NCBI GenBank assembly: GCA_047972145.1
Contig: JBKEAI010000084.1
Location: 177 to 64,176, forward strand
Source of the DNA: Microthrixaceae bacterium
GTDB taxonomy: Bacteria > Actinomycetota > Acidimicrobiia > Acidimicrobiales > Microtrichaceae
Length of the DNA stretch: 64,000 nucleotides
Reading direction: 5' to 3'
Position numbers and translations under genes: made by a program. Under the pieces are notes generated by a model. That model ran no database searches. It saw nothing but the letters and a program-made list of their open reading frames with translations, and was not told where the DNA came from. Positions 31,891 to 41,401 of this stretch are shown piece by piece (the stretch's first letter is position 1; every line of letters starts with the position of its first letter).

Positions 31891-33389
31891 GAGGCGGCCT
31901 GGGGGTCGGTGATCACCTCGGAGTCCACGTCCATGCGGAGCACCTTGCGTGGCCCACCGTCGAGAGCCGGCCAATCGACACCGCTGAACTCCGGCACGCT
32001 GTCGCGGGCGAAGCTCACCCAGGCGCCGTGCACCGCACTCGAGAGCTCGGTCGGCGGTTCGGCTCCGAGCAGCAGGGCGAGTTGTTCCTCGCCGACCATG
32101 TCGAACACGAAGGGGATCTCGACCACATGGGCGGCGCCGAGGGCACCGTCCATCGCCGGGCTCGGCCAGTCGAAGCGGTACTGCCACACGGGTGCGTGCT
32201 TGGCCTGCTCCGCCGCGAGCTGTGACGCCGGTGCCCTGAACACCACGTCGGTGAACACCGAGCTCTCGAGTGCACCCACCGAGGCGCCGGGGTGGTCGGT
32301 CTCATACGCGGCCAGCACGGCGTCGGGGTTCGGGTCGATGGCCGCCAGGCGGGCGCGCAGCGCATCTCGGTCCTCGGATCCCGGTGCCATGAGAGCGAAC
32401 AGGTTCCACTCGTCGAGGTTGGTGCCGATCAACAACGGAACCTGTGCGGTTGCACCCCGCCGCACCTCTTGCATCGGGTCGGCGGGGACCGTCGTTCCGT
32501 CGGCCACGGGTCGGAACGGCAGATACCCCAGCGGGTGGCCATGTCGGGCGATGGTCTCGTCGGTGTGTGCCATGCGCTCGGTCGCCATCTTGAGATGCGC
32601 GGCCAGCAGGTCCTCCGCGGGCGCCGCCCTCAACTCGTCGAGGCTGCTGATGCCCGCGGTCGCCATGAACTCGGCGGTGGTCTCCTCGGCGAGGTCCACC
32701 GGAGCGGGGGCGGACAGTCCACCGGACTGCGCGATCGCCTTGTGGAAGAGGCCCCGGGAGTCCGCGAGCACGAGCTGGGCGCACACGCTCATCGAGCCGG
32801 CCGACTCGCCGAAGATCGTCACGTTGGAGGGGTCACCACCGAACGCCGAGATGTTCTCCGCGACCCAACGCAGCGCTTCGGCCTGATCGAGCAGGCCGGT
32901 GTTGCCCGATCCGCGCAGCTCCGGGTCGAGGTGGCCGAGCTCCATGAAGCCCAGGCAACCGAGTCGGTAGTTGATGGTGACCAATATGACCCCGTCGCGG
33001 GCGAAGGCCGCCCCGTCGTAGATCGGCGACGATCCGGAGCCGATCTCGAAGGCTCCGCCGTGGATCCACACCATCACCGGCAGCGGCTCGGCGGGTGAGA
33101 CATCGGGGGTCCAGATGTTGAGGTGCAGGCAGTCCTCGTCCCAGCGCTCGGGCTCCGAACCGAACATGGCTTCGAGCATCGAGGGGTTCTGGGGGGCGAC
33201 GGCGCCGAACTCGGTGGCATCCAGCACACCCTCGTGGGGTGCTTTGGGTACCGGCGGGCGGAACCGGCGGTCGCCGGTGGGTGCCTCCGCGAACGGAATG
33301 CCCGCGAAGCGGTACATGCCATCCAGGACACGCCCCCGCACGGCGCCCCTCGGCGCTGTCACCTCGATCGTCTCCGCGCTGTCTGCCAT
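31869..33389 (-). CDS. Carboxylesterase type B (para-nitrobenzyl esterase-like)
   Basis: VMVWIHGGAFEIGSG oxyanion motif and FGESAGS nucleophile elbow. ATG at 33389 with AGGAGA 7 nt upstream (alternative ATG at 33416). Confidence 0.88.
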   Translation of the reverse strand: MADSAETIEVTAPRGAVRGRVLDGMYRFAGIPFAEAPTGDRRFRPPVPKAPHEGVLDATEFGAVAPQNPSMLEAMFGSEPERWDEDCLHLNIWTPDVSPAEPLPVMVWIHGGAFEIGSGSSPIYDGAAFARDGVILVTINYRLGCLGFMELGHLDPELRGSGNTGLLDQAEALRWVAENISAFGGDPSNVTIFGESAGSMSVCAQLVLADSRGLFHKAIAQSGGLSAPAPVDLAEETTAEFMATAGISSLDELRAAPAEDLLAAHLKMATERMAHTDETIARHGHPLGYLPFRPVADGTTVPADPMQEVRRGATAQVPLLIGTNLDEWNLFALMAPGSEDRDALRARLAAIDPNPDAVLAAYETDHPGASVGALESSVFTDVVFRAPASQLAAEQAKHAPVWQYRFDWPSPAMDGALGAAHVVEIPFVFDMVGEEQLALLLGAEPPTELSSAVHGAWVSFARDSVPEFSGVDWPALDGGPRKVLRMDVDSEVITDPQAASLDAWSQ

Positions 33390-33465
33390 CTGGGGTCTCC
33401 TATCGTTCCCGTCCACTGGGGTTTGCGCTACACCTTACGTCAGCATCGACGTATCCACTTCGGCG

Positions 33466-34122
33466 CTACGGCCCGTTGCGCACCTCGAGGATCCTGTAGC
33501 CCTTGCGTGACGCGACACGCTTGACGGAGCGGCCCCGGGAGCCTAGCCACCTAGCCAGCGAGTCGGCCCCGAGGTGCCGCTGGACGACCAACATGGCGTG
33601 CCCATCGGGGACCAACCGATCCAGCCACTCGCTCAGCAGTGCCTGGAGTGCCAACTTGCCGATGCGGATAGGGGGGTTGGAGTAGAGCGCCGCCACGCGC
33701 AGGTCGTCGGGTACCTCCCCTGGCGCCACCACGTCGAATGCTGCACCAGGACAGTTGTTGCGCAGGTTCATCCGGGCGAGCTCGCGTGCCCTTTCGTTGG
33801 GCTCCACCGCCCAGATGTGACGGTCGGGGAACCTGGCGGCGAGCGCAACTGCGATGGGCCCGTAGCCGGCGCCCACGTCGACGAGGTCACCCGCTGGGAG
33901 GTCCCCGGTCCCACCTGTGAGCGGACTCGTCTTGTCCAACAGCGCACGGGTTCCCGGGTCGATCCGCTCCGAGGAGAAGACGCCACGGTCGGTCACAAGC
34001 GTGAACGTGCCCTCTGGGAGGCGCAACCGCACCTCGGAGGGCCGAGAAGCGCTGCGCGGGGCGGAATCGAAGTAGTGGCCCGAACCCTCAGTGCCGTTCC
34101 GGTCGGCCGACTCCGCTGCCAC
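33466..34122 (-). CDS. Class I SAM-dependent methyltransferase (RsmC/RlmG small-domain type)
   Basis: HYFDS...LVTDRGVFS..., VDVGAGYGPIA SAM motif, and LYSNPPIRIG (NPPxH-like). Only the 3' third of ORF 33466..35907 is coding. GTG at 34122 chosen, start uncertain. Confidence 0.8.
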   Translation of the reverse strand: MAAESADRNGTEGSGHYFDSAPRSASRPSEVRLRLPEGTFTLVTDRGVFSSERIDPGTRALLDKTSPLTGGTGDLPAGDLVDVGAGYGPIAVALAARFPDRHIWAVEPNERARELARMNLRNNCPGAAFDVVAPGEVPDDLRVAALYSNPPIRIGKLALQALLSEWLDRLVPDGHAMLVVQRHLGADSLARWLGSRGRSVKRVASRKGYRILEVRNGP

Positions 34123-34146
34123 CGCTGCAACGGTAGCCTTGGGGTC

Positions 34147-34695
34147 ATGTCGAACACCCAGACCATCCGCATAGCGGGCGATCCGGTGCTGCGCCGTCGC
34201 GCGGATGAGGTCACCGACATCGACGAGGCGTTGGTCCGTCTCAGCGAGGAGATGTTCACCACGATGTACGCAGCTCCCGGAATCGGATTGGCGGCGCCGC
34301 AGGTCGGCGTGGGCCGGCGCTTCTTCGTCTACGACCTCGGCGAGAACGGTGACGCGAGCGTGCTGTTGAACCCCGAGATCACCGGCTCCGACGGTGAGTG
34401 GGTCCACGAGGAGGGGTGCCTTTCGATCCCCGGTCAGCACTTCGAGGTGGTCAGGCCCAAGCAGATCGGGGTGCGCGGGATCGACATCGATGGCAACGAG
34501 GTCGAGTTCGAGGCCGACGAGTTGCTGAGCCGGCTGATCCAACACGAGCTCGACCATCTCGACGGGGTGCTGGTACTCGATCACCTCGACGAGGACACCC
34601 GTCGCGCTGCCAAGAAGCGCCTCCGGGAGATGCAGATGGGCCAGGTGGTCGAACCGACTCCCGAGCCCCGCAAGCGCCGATTCTTCGGCCTGTGA
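34147..34695 (+). CDS. def: Peptide deformylase
   Basis: GIGLAAPQVG, EGCLSIPG and QHELDHLDG motifs. Confidence 0.96.
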   Translation: MSNTQTIRIAGDPVLRRRADEVTDIDEALVRLSEEMFTTMYAAPGIGLAAPQVGVGRRFFVYDLGENGDASVLLNPEITGSDGEWVHEEGCLSIPGQHFEVVRPKQIGVRGIDIDGNEVEFEADELLSRLIQHELDHLDGVLVLDHLDEDTRRAAKKRLREMQMGQVVEPTPEPRKRRFFGL

Positions 34696-34764
34696 ACCCA
34701 CTGAACCGCACCCGATCGTGACGCACCTGCGGTCGACACCTCCGCTCCCGGGACCGGCAGGCCG

Positions 34765-35667
34765 ATGAGGCTCGTGTACCTGGGCAGTCCGGCGATCTCG
34801 GTACCGGCTCTCGACGCGCTCGTGGATGCAGGCCACGACGTGGCCCTCGTGGTGACGAACCCGCCGCGGCGCCGAGGTCGTCGGGGGGCACCGACGCCTA
34901 CCGACGTAGGTGCCAGGGCCAACGAACTCGGCCTTGAGGTATCGCACGAACTGGCCGATGCAACAGGTGTGGGTGCTGAACTGGGTGTCGTGGTCGCGTT
35001 CGGACGGTTGGTACCCGTGGCCGTGCTCGATTCCCTTCCGATGCTCAACCTGCACTTTTCGTTGCTGCCGCGCTGGCGGGGTGCTGCTCCGGTCGAGCGG
35101 GCGATCCTCGCAGGCGACACGACCACCGGTGTCTGTGTGATGGCCGTGGAGGAGGGCCTCGACAGCGGAGGTGTGTATGCACGTGCGGAGGTCGGCATCG
35201 GTGAACGGGCCACCGCGGCGGAGTTGAGCATGCAGTTGAGTGCGCTCGGTGCCGGACTGCTCGTCGACACGCTCGCCGGCGACCTCGGTCCCGCGACCCC
35301 TCAGAACGAGGTCGGCGTCACCTATGCGGCGAAGCTCAGCGCTGCGGACCGCGAGCTGCACTGGAGCGATGACGCCCTGGCGCTGGACCGGGTCGTGCGA
35401 ATCGGTGGGGCGTGGACCACCCTCGATGGCTCCAGGCTCAAGGTGCTCGAAGCGGTGCCTTCGGTGCCGCAGCGGGGCGGCGCAGCGGCACGCTCTGAGC
35501 AGCACCCGGACCTCCGAACACCCGGGCGCCTGCGCGGTGCGGTGGTCGAGTGCGGATCCGGTTCGCTGGAACTTGTCCGTGTGCAGCCCGAGGGTCGCTC
35601 CGAGATGGATGTCGACCGGTTCCTGAACGGAGCGCGCCTGGCCCGCGAGGCGCGCCTGGGCACATGA
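34765..35667 (+). CDS. fmt: Methionyl-tRNA formyltransferase
   Basis: LNLHFSLLPRWRGAAPVERAI and the C-terminal OB-like domain. Confidence 0.95.
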   Translation: MRLVYLGSPAISVPALDALVDAGHDVALVVTNPPRRRGRRGAPTPTDVGARANELGLEVSHELADATGVGAELGVVVAFGRLVPVAVLDSLPMLNLHFSLLPRWRGAAPVERAILAGDTTTGVCVMAVEEGLDSGGVYARAEVGIGERATAAELSMQLSALGAGLLVDTLAGDLGPATPQNEVGVTYAAKLSAADRELHWSDDALALDRVVRIGGAWTTLDGSRLKVLEAVPSVPQRGGAAARSEQHPDLRTPGRLRGAVVECGSGSLELVRVQPEGRSEMDVDRFLNGARLAREARLGT

Positions 35668-36875
35668 GAACCGCCGGTGAGGCACCTGCGGCCGAGGTGG
35701 GTGTTGCCACGCGCCGCACAGCGCTCGCGGTGCTCGAGCGCGTCCAGGACGACGGGGCGTTCGCGAACATCGCGCTGGGTGCGGCCCTCGATCGCTCCGG
35801 TCTCGACGAGCGTGACCGCGCGCTGGTGACCGACCTCGTGTACGGGTCGTTGCGTCACCGCCGCTCCTGTGAGTACCTCGCGGGTCGCTTCCTCTCCGAG
35901 AGCCCACCTCCGGTGGCGGAACGGGCTCTGCTGTTGGGCACCTACCAGCTCGTGTACCGCGACGACATCCCGAAGTACGCAGCTGTGTCAGCCACCGTGA
36001 GCGCCGCTCCGAAGCGCTACAGGGGCCTGGTCAACGCAGTGCTGCGACGCGTCGGGGATTCCGAGGTCGCCTTTCCCGACGAGGCGACCGAGCTGTCGTA
36101 CCCGGACTGGATGCTGCACCTTCTCCTGGAGGATCTCGGCCACGACAGGGCGATCGAGGCGCTGCGTTCGATGAACGAACCCGCCTCAGTGCACACCCGC
36201 GACGACGGCTATGTGCAGGATCCGGCATCCACCCAGGTCGCGGAGCACCTCATGGGTCTCTTGGACGGCGAGGGGTTCGAGGATCCACTCGTCTACGACC
36301 TCTGTGCAGCGCCGGGTGGCAAGGCGACGGCGATCGCTGCGGGTGCGGGCGCCACGGTGCTCGCCGCGGACAACCGGCGGGGGCGTGTGGGGCTGATCGT
36401 GGCGAACCGAACACGACTCGCCGCGCACGACGTCCTGCCGATGGTGATGGACGCAACCTGTCCGGCGTTGAGGCCGGCGACTGCGCACGCCGTGCTGATC
36501 GACGCGCCGTGTTCTGGTCTCGGCGTGCTCCGTCGCCGGCCCGATGCACGATGGCGCATCGAGGAGTCCGCACCGGCGCGCCTCGCCGAGCTGCAACGGT
36601 CGATGGTCGACGCCGCGGTGCCGCTCGTCGCTCCCGGCGGGGTGTTGATGTACAGCGTGTGCACCCTCACAGCGGTCGAGTCGCTGGGCGTCGCCGAACA
36701 CGTCGCACAGCGGTGGGACCACCTCGATCCGCTGCCTGTGACCGGCGGGCGGTGGGAGCCGTGGGGGAGCGGGGCGCTCCTGGTGCCCCAGAGTTGCGGC
36801 ACCGACGGGATGGCCGTGTTCGCATGGCGTGTCGGGCAACTACCATCGGGCCGCACCGATGTGACCTCCTCTTGA
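35664..36875 (+). CDS. rsmB: 16S rRNA (cytosine-C5)-methyltransferase RsmB/Sun
   Basis: NusB-like N-terminal domain, DLCAAPGGK, DAPCSGLGVLRRRPD and YSVCT. ATGA overlap with fmt. Confidence 0.9.
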   Translation: MRTAGEAPAAEVGVATRRTALAVLERVQDDGAFANIALGAALDRSGLDERDRALVTDLVYGSLRHRRSCEYLAGRFLSESPPPVAERALLLGTYQLVYRDDIPKYAAVSATVSAAPKRYRGLVNAVLRRVGDSEVAFPDEATELSYPDWMLHLLLEDLGHDRAIEALRSMNEPASVHTRDDGYVQDPASTQVAEHLMGLLDGEGFEDPLVYDLCAAPGGKATAIAAGAGATVLAADNRRGRVGLIVANRTRLAAHDVLPMVMDATCPALRPATAHAVLIDAPCSGLGVLRRRPDARWRIEESAPARLAELQRSMVDAAVPLVAPGGVLMYSVCTLTAVESLGVAEHVAQRWDHLDPLPVTGGRWEPWGSGALLVPQSCGTDGMAVFAWRVGQLPSGRTDVTSS

Positions 36876-36905
36876 GGTCGACCGCGATCACAGGGAGACC
36901 AACCG

Positions 36906-37394
36906 GTGCCAGAGTCCTCAGTCGAGTGTGTTGCGAAGGTGCTCACGGTCTCCGATGGGGTGGCCGCGGGAACCAGGGAGGACACCGGTGGTCCTGCGGT
37001 GGTGGACTTCCTCACCGCCGCCGGATTCGAGGTTGTCGAGCACAGGGTCATCGCCGATGGGGTGAACGAGGTCGCGAACGCGCTCACGTACATGGCCTAC
37101 GGCTTCAACGGGCTGATCGTCACCACGGGAGGCACCGGCTTCGGGCCCAGGGATGTGACCCCCGAGGCCACCAAGCGGGTCTTGGACCGGAGCGCCCCCG
37201 GTCTGGCAGAGGCGATGCGGGCGGTCAACCCCCTCGGGCGGCTGTCGCGCAACGTCGCGGGCATCCGCGGAAGGGCTCTGATCCTCAACACCCCGGGCTC
37301 ACCCAAGGGGGCTGTCGAGATGCTCGACGCCGTCGCCGACGTGCTTCCCCATGCCGTTGAGCTGCTGGCGGGGCACACCGACCACGACGCCTGA
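36906..37394 (+). CDS. mog: Molybdenum cofactor biosynthesis protein (MogA/MoaB family)
   Basis: VLTVSDGVAAGTREDTGG, TTGGTGFGPRDVTPEA and LPGSPKG-type motif (TPGSPKGA). Confidence 0.85.
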   Translation: MPESSVECVAKVLTVSDGVAAGTREDTGGPAVVDFLTAAGFEVVEHRVIADGVNEVANALTYMAYGFNGLIVTTGGTGFGPRDVTPEATKRVLDRSAPGLAEAMRAVNPLGRLSRNVAGIRGRALILNTPGSPKGAVEMLDAVADVLPHAVELLAGHTDHDA

Positions 37395-37517
37395 CAGAAC
37401 CGCTCGGAGGCCGTTGGACACCACTGGCGAAATTGAGCGGTCGAGTTTTCTACGAGCGGTGCAGATTCGACCGCCCCATTTCGCGGTTGGTACCATACCG
37501 GCGATGGAGCCCACTCG

Positions 37518-38585
37518 ATGAGCCCCGAGCAGTCCAAGGCCGACGCGATCGACCGCGAGGCGATGGTGCGCGCGATATCCGCTGCGGCCACGGTGCGCTG
37601 CACGACCAGTCCGAACCCGTGGGTGGGGGCGATCGTGCGTACCGCAGATGGTCGTTTCCACGAAGGTGCCACGGCACCGCCCGGAGGGCCACATGCGGAG
37701 GTGGCGGCGCTGGCCAAGGCGCAGGGAGCAACAGAGGGTGCCACGCTGTACGTCACCCTCGAGCCGTGCAACCACACAGGTCGTACGCCACCGTGCACCG
37801 ACGCGATCGTCGAAGCGGGGATCGCCCGGGTCGTCGTGGGGATCGAGGATCCCGACCCTGCGGTGAGCGGGTCTGGAGTCGTCGCGCTGCGCAACGCCGG
37901 GATCCCGGTGGATGTCGGGGTGTTGGCCGACCAGGTCACAGCACAGCTGACCCCCTACATACGGCACCGCCGCACCGGGCGCCCCTGGGTCGTGCTGAAG
38001 CTGGCCGCCACCCTCGACGGTGGCACCGCCGCGCCGAACGGCACCTCTCAGTGGATCACGAGCCCCGAGGCCCGCTCCGACGGTCACCGTCTCCGGGCCG
38101 AGTCCGACGCTCTGGTGGTAGGTGCCGGCACGGTGCGGCGCGACGACCCCTCGCTCACCGTGCGCGACTACCACGTGTCCTCCCCCTATGCCGAGGGGGT
38201 CGATCGGGTGAGCGTGGATCCCAGGCGCGTAGTGCTCGGAGCGGTACCACCCGAGGCCAAGGTCAACCCCTGCACCGAGTACAAGGGTGACCTCGGCGAA
38301 CTCCTCGACCTGCTCGGCGGCGAAGGTGTGATGCAGGTCCTCGTCGAAGGAGGAGCCGGGGTAGCAGGCGACTTCCACCGCGCCGGACTGGTCGACCGCT
38401 ATGTGCTCTACCTGGCGCCGGCACTCTTCGGCGGCGATGACGCGAAGGGCATCTTCGCCGGTCAGGGCGTGTTCGACATCTCAGAGCTCTGGCGGGGCAG
38501 GTTCAGCTCCGTCGAACGCGTCGGAGCGGATCTACGGGTCGAGTTGACGGCGGATCCCGGTGCGACCTCCGGTGGCGGTGACTAG
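37518..38585 (+). CDS. ribD: Bifunctional riboflavin biosynthesis deaminase/reductase
   Basis: NPWVGAIV, HAEVAAL and TLEPCNHTGRTPPC zinc motif, plus the reductase domain. Confidence 0.95.
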   Translation: MSPEQSKADAIDREAMVRAISAAATVRCTTSPNPWVGAIVRTADGRFHEGATAPPGGPHAEVAALAKAQGATEGATLYVTLEPCNHTGRTPPCTDAIVEAGIARVVVGIEDPDPAVSGSGVVALRNAGIPVDVGVLADQVTAQLTPYIRHRRTGRPWVVLKLAATLDGGTAAPNGTSQWITSPEARSDGHRLRAESDALVVGAGTVRRDDPSLTVRDYHVSSPYAEGVDRVSVDPRRVVLGAVPPEAKVNPCTEYKGDLGELLDLLGGEGVMQVLVEGGAGVAGDFHRAGLVDRYVLYLAPALFGGDDAKGIFAGQGVFDISELWRGRFSSVERVGADLRVELTADPGATSGGGD

Positions 38586-39176
38586 ATGTTCACAGGGATC
38601 GTCGAGGAGTTGGGAACCGTTGAATCACTCGAGGGGACCAGGCTCAGGATCGCTGCATCGCGGGTGCTCGAGGACGCGACGCTCGGTGCGTCGATCGCCG
38701 TGAACGGGTGCTGCCTGACGGTGGTGGATCGCTCCGAGACGCTCCAAGGTGGCTGGTGGGAGGCCGATGTGAGCGCCGAGACGTTCTCGCGCACCTCCCT
38801 GGGATCGTTGGGGCCCGGCGACGAGGTCAACCTGGAGCGGCCTGTCCGCCTGGAGGACCGCCTCGGTGGGCACCTGGTCCAGGGCCATGTGGACGCGGTC
38901 GCCACGGTGCTCGCATCAGCTCCGGATCTCGAGGTCTCGTTGCCCGAGGGGTTGGATCGATATGTGGTCGAGAAGGGTTCGATCACCCTCGACGGCGTCA
39001 GCCTGACCGTCGTGGAGGTGTCCGACGGTTCCCTTTCGTGCGCTGTGATACCGCACACTGCGGAGGTGACAACACTCGGGCGACGCCCGGCGGGTTCGGT
39101 GGTGAACCTCGAGGTGGATGTGATGGCCAAGTACGCCGAGTCGTTGCTGGGCGGGTTTCTGCCCGAATCGGCCTGA
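38586..39176 (+). CDS. ribE: Riboflavin synthase alpha chain
   Basis: MFTGIVEELG and duplicated lumazine-binding repeats (SIAVNGCCLTV / SITLDGVSLTV). Confidence 0.95.
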   Translation: MFTGIVEELGTVESLEGTRLRIAASRVLEDATLGASIAVNGCCLTVVDRSETLQGGWWEADVSAETFSRTSLGSLGPGDEVNLERPVRLEDRLGGHLVQGHVDAVATVLASAPDLEVSLPEGLDRYVVEKGSITLDGVSLTVVEVSDGSLSCAVIPHTAEVTTLGRRPAGSVVNLEVDVMAKYAESLLGGFLPESA

Positions 39177-39183
39177 GCAGGAG

Positions 39184-40458
39184 ATGACAATGGCTCGAGA
39201 AGCACTCGAAAAACAGGGCAGCGAGGGGTCTTCCTTCGCGAGTATCCCCGAGGCCGTCGCAGCGATCGGCCGGGGTGAGATCGTGGTGGTGGTCGACGAC
39301 GAGGACCGCGAGAACGAGGGCGACCTGATCATGGCTGCCGAGGCGGCAACCCCCGAGAGCATCGCCTTCTTCGTGCGGCACACCTCAGGGGTCATCTGCG
39401 CACCGCTCACAGGTGAGCGCCTCGACGAGCTCGACATCCCCCTCATGGTGCGTGACAACACCGAATCGCAGCGCACGGCTTTCACCTACACCGTGGACTA
39501 CATCCACGACACCTCCACGGGCATCTCGGCCGCTGACCGCGCGGCGACCCTCCAGGCCCTCACCGATCCGGCCACGCGCCCGGCCGATCTTGCGCGCCCG
39601 GGTCACATCTTCCCGCTGCGTTACTCCGAGGGCGGCGTGCTCAAACGGGCGGGCCACACCGAGGCGGCGGTCGACCTCGCCCGGATGGCGGGGATGTACC
39701 CGGCGGGCGTGCTGTGCGAGATCGTCAACGACGACGGCACGATGGCGCGCGTGCCCGACCTCGAGCAGTTCTGCAAGGAGCACGGGCTGCTGATGATCTC
39801 GATCGCGCAACTGATCAAGCACCGGCGTCAGCACGAGAAGCTGATCCGCCGTGAGGCGGAGGCGAGGATCCCCACGCCGTGGGGCGATTTCACCTGCTAC
39901 GTCTACGAGTCGATCCTCGACGGTGAGCAGCACGTGGCGTTCGTGCGAGGGGCGGTCCAGGGCGAGACAGACGTGTTGGTGCGGGTGCATTCGGAGTGCC
40001 TCACCGGTGACATCTTCCATTCGTTGCGCTGCGACTGCGGGATACAGCTGCACGCAGCGATGGAGCGCATCGCCGAAGAGGATCTCGGCGCGCTGGTGTA
40101 CCTGCGAGGCCACGAGGGTCGCGGCATCGGACTCACACACAAGATCCGGGCCTACGATCTACAGGAGCAGGGTCGGGACACCGTCGACGCGAACGTCGAG
40201 CTCGGCCTGCCGGTCGACTCCCGCGAGTACGGCATCGGCGCGCAGATCCTCAACGACCTGGGCATAACGACGATGCGGCTGATGACCAACAACCCGGCCA
40301 AGTACGGCGGGCTCGAGGGCTTCGGGCTCCAGATCACCGACCGTGTGCCGTTGCACTCGGTTCCCAATCCCGAGAACATCGACTACCTGCGCACCAAACA
40401 GGAACGCATGGGCCACCTGATAGAGGGCCTCGACCTCGACGAGGAGACCTCGCCATGA
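39184..40458 (+). CDS. ribBA: Bifunctional 3,4-dihydroxy-2-butanone-4-phosphate synthase / GTP cyclohydrolase II
   Basis: DDEDRENEGDLI, RPGHIFPL and VHSECLTGDIFHSLRCDCG. Confidence 0.96.
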   Translation: MTMAREALEKQGSEGSSFASIPEAVAAIGRGEIVVVVDDEDRENEGDLIMAAEAATPESIAFFVRHTSGVICAPLTGERLDELDIPLMVRDNTESQRTAFTYTVDYIHDTSTGISAADRAATLQALTDPATRPADLARPGHIFPLRYSEGGVLKRAGHTEAAVDLARMAGMYPAGVLCEIVNDDGTMARVPDLEQFCKEHGLLMISIAQLIKHRRQHEKLIRREAEARIPTPWGDFTCYVYESILDGEQHVAFVRGAVQGETDVLVRVHSECLTGDIFHSLRCDCGIQLHAAMERIAEEDLGALVYLRGHEGRGIGLTHKIRAYDLQEQGRDTVDANVELGLPVDSREYGIGAQILNDLGITTMRLMTNNPAKYGGLEGFGLQITDRVPLHSVPNPENIDYLRTKQERMGHLIEGLDLDEETSP

Positions 40459-40525
40459 CAACGTCGGGTGTCGCGTCGAACCACCGGATCGAGGACCATC
40501 GCTCGGCTCTCGGGGCAGCTTGCTG

Positions 40526-41014
40526 ATGGCGCAGAACGTGAGGGGTGCGGGCGCGCCTGATCCGGTTCGAGATGGTTCACGGATGACCCTGGCCGTGGTC
40601 TGCGGACGCTTCAACGATCACGTCACGCTTCGGCTGCTGGACGGTGTGCGACGTGGGGTCGCGGAGTGTGGGATCGGCCCCGACGCCCTTGTCGAGGAGT
40701 GGGTGCCTGGAGCGTTCGAGATCCCTTTCGCCGCGAAGGTGATCGCCGAGTCAGGTCGTGCCGATGCGGTGATCTGCCTCGGAGCGGTCATCCGGGGCGA
40801 GACCAGCCACTACGACTTCGTGGCAGGAGAGTGCGCCCGCGGCATCCAGGACGTGCAACTCGCCACCGGGGTTCCCGTGCTCTTCGGAGTCCTGACCACC
40901 GAGGACCTTGCCCAGGCCGAGGCACGCTCGGCGGGACCGGGTGGGCACAACGTCGGCGAGGAGTGCGTACGCACCGCGGTGGAGATGGTCACCCTCGCCC
41001 GCACCTGGCGCTGA
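40526..41014 (+). CDS. ribH: 6,7-dimethyl-8-ribityllumazine synthase
   Basis: AVVCGRFNDHVT, VPGAFEIPF and GAVIRGETSHYDFV. ATG 40526 (TTG 40520 is an alternative). Confidence 0.93.
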   Translation: MAQNVRGAGAPDPVRDGSRMTLAVVCGRFNDHVTLRLLDGVRRGVAECGIGPDALVEEWVPGAFEIPFAAKVIAESGRADAVICLGAVIRGETSHYDFVAGECARGIQDVQLATGVPVLFGVLTTEDLAQAEARSAGPGGHNVGEECVRTAVEMVTLARTWR

Positions 41015-41090
41015 GCACGGTCCACCGACCGCAGTATCGGCCGCACTTTCCGACGCGTCACTCCTGGAGCGAGGCACGGTGCCCCACCCC

Positions 41091-41128
41091 CGCGCCACCG
41101 ACTCGGGTTCGCCCCACCGACTCGGGTT
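41091..41128. repeat. Two 19-nt tandem units (reverse-complement core of the arrays right of the SpoU gene)
   Basis: cgcgccaccgactcgggtt / cgccccaccgactcgggtt. The core is the reverse complement of gagtcggtggcgcg. Confidence 0.93.
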
Positions 41129-41152
41129 CCCCGTGTGAGTCACGCAGCTCTC

Positions 41153-41190
41153 ATACGACACCGAGCGACTTACTCCAACAACATGAGTCA
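41153..41190. repeat. Left arm of the 38-nt inverted repeat
   Basis: The reverse complement tgactcatgttgttggagtaagtcgctcggtgtcgtat matches 42472..42509 at 35/38 positions (counted by hand). Confidence 0.93.
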
Positions 41191-41401
41191 CTGGCGCACC
41201 TGAGTAAATGGGGCTACCGATCGCTGGGCACCGGGTCGGCAACATGCAGCAGGTGGCACCCGCACCGGCGAGACACCCCGCACCAGGTATGCGACGGGCA
41301 CGGGGCAGGCACTGGGTACCAGTGGCTTGCGGGTGTGCGCCACCTACAACGATGGCGTCCGGGAGGGTTCGCGCGGGCTCCCCAACGTCTTGGGTACAAC
41401 A

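Noticed and set aside
34123-35907. Upstream two thirds of the 813-aa minus-strand ORF 33466..35907
   Set aside because: Only the 3' part (33466..34122) has methyltransferase motifs. The rest is antisense to def and fmt and is R/H/G-rich.
37395-37517. FMN riboswitch upstream of ribD
   Set aside because: The location is right and there are faint resemblances (ggtgcagattcgaccgcc; ccggcgatggag). However, the conserved GGGTGAAATTCCC / ACCGGCGGT / AGTCCGGATGGGAG cores are not matched, and only about 120 nt are available. A cmsearch with the Rfam FMN model would settle it.
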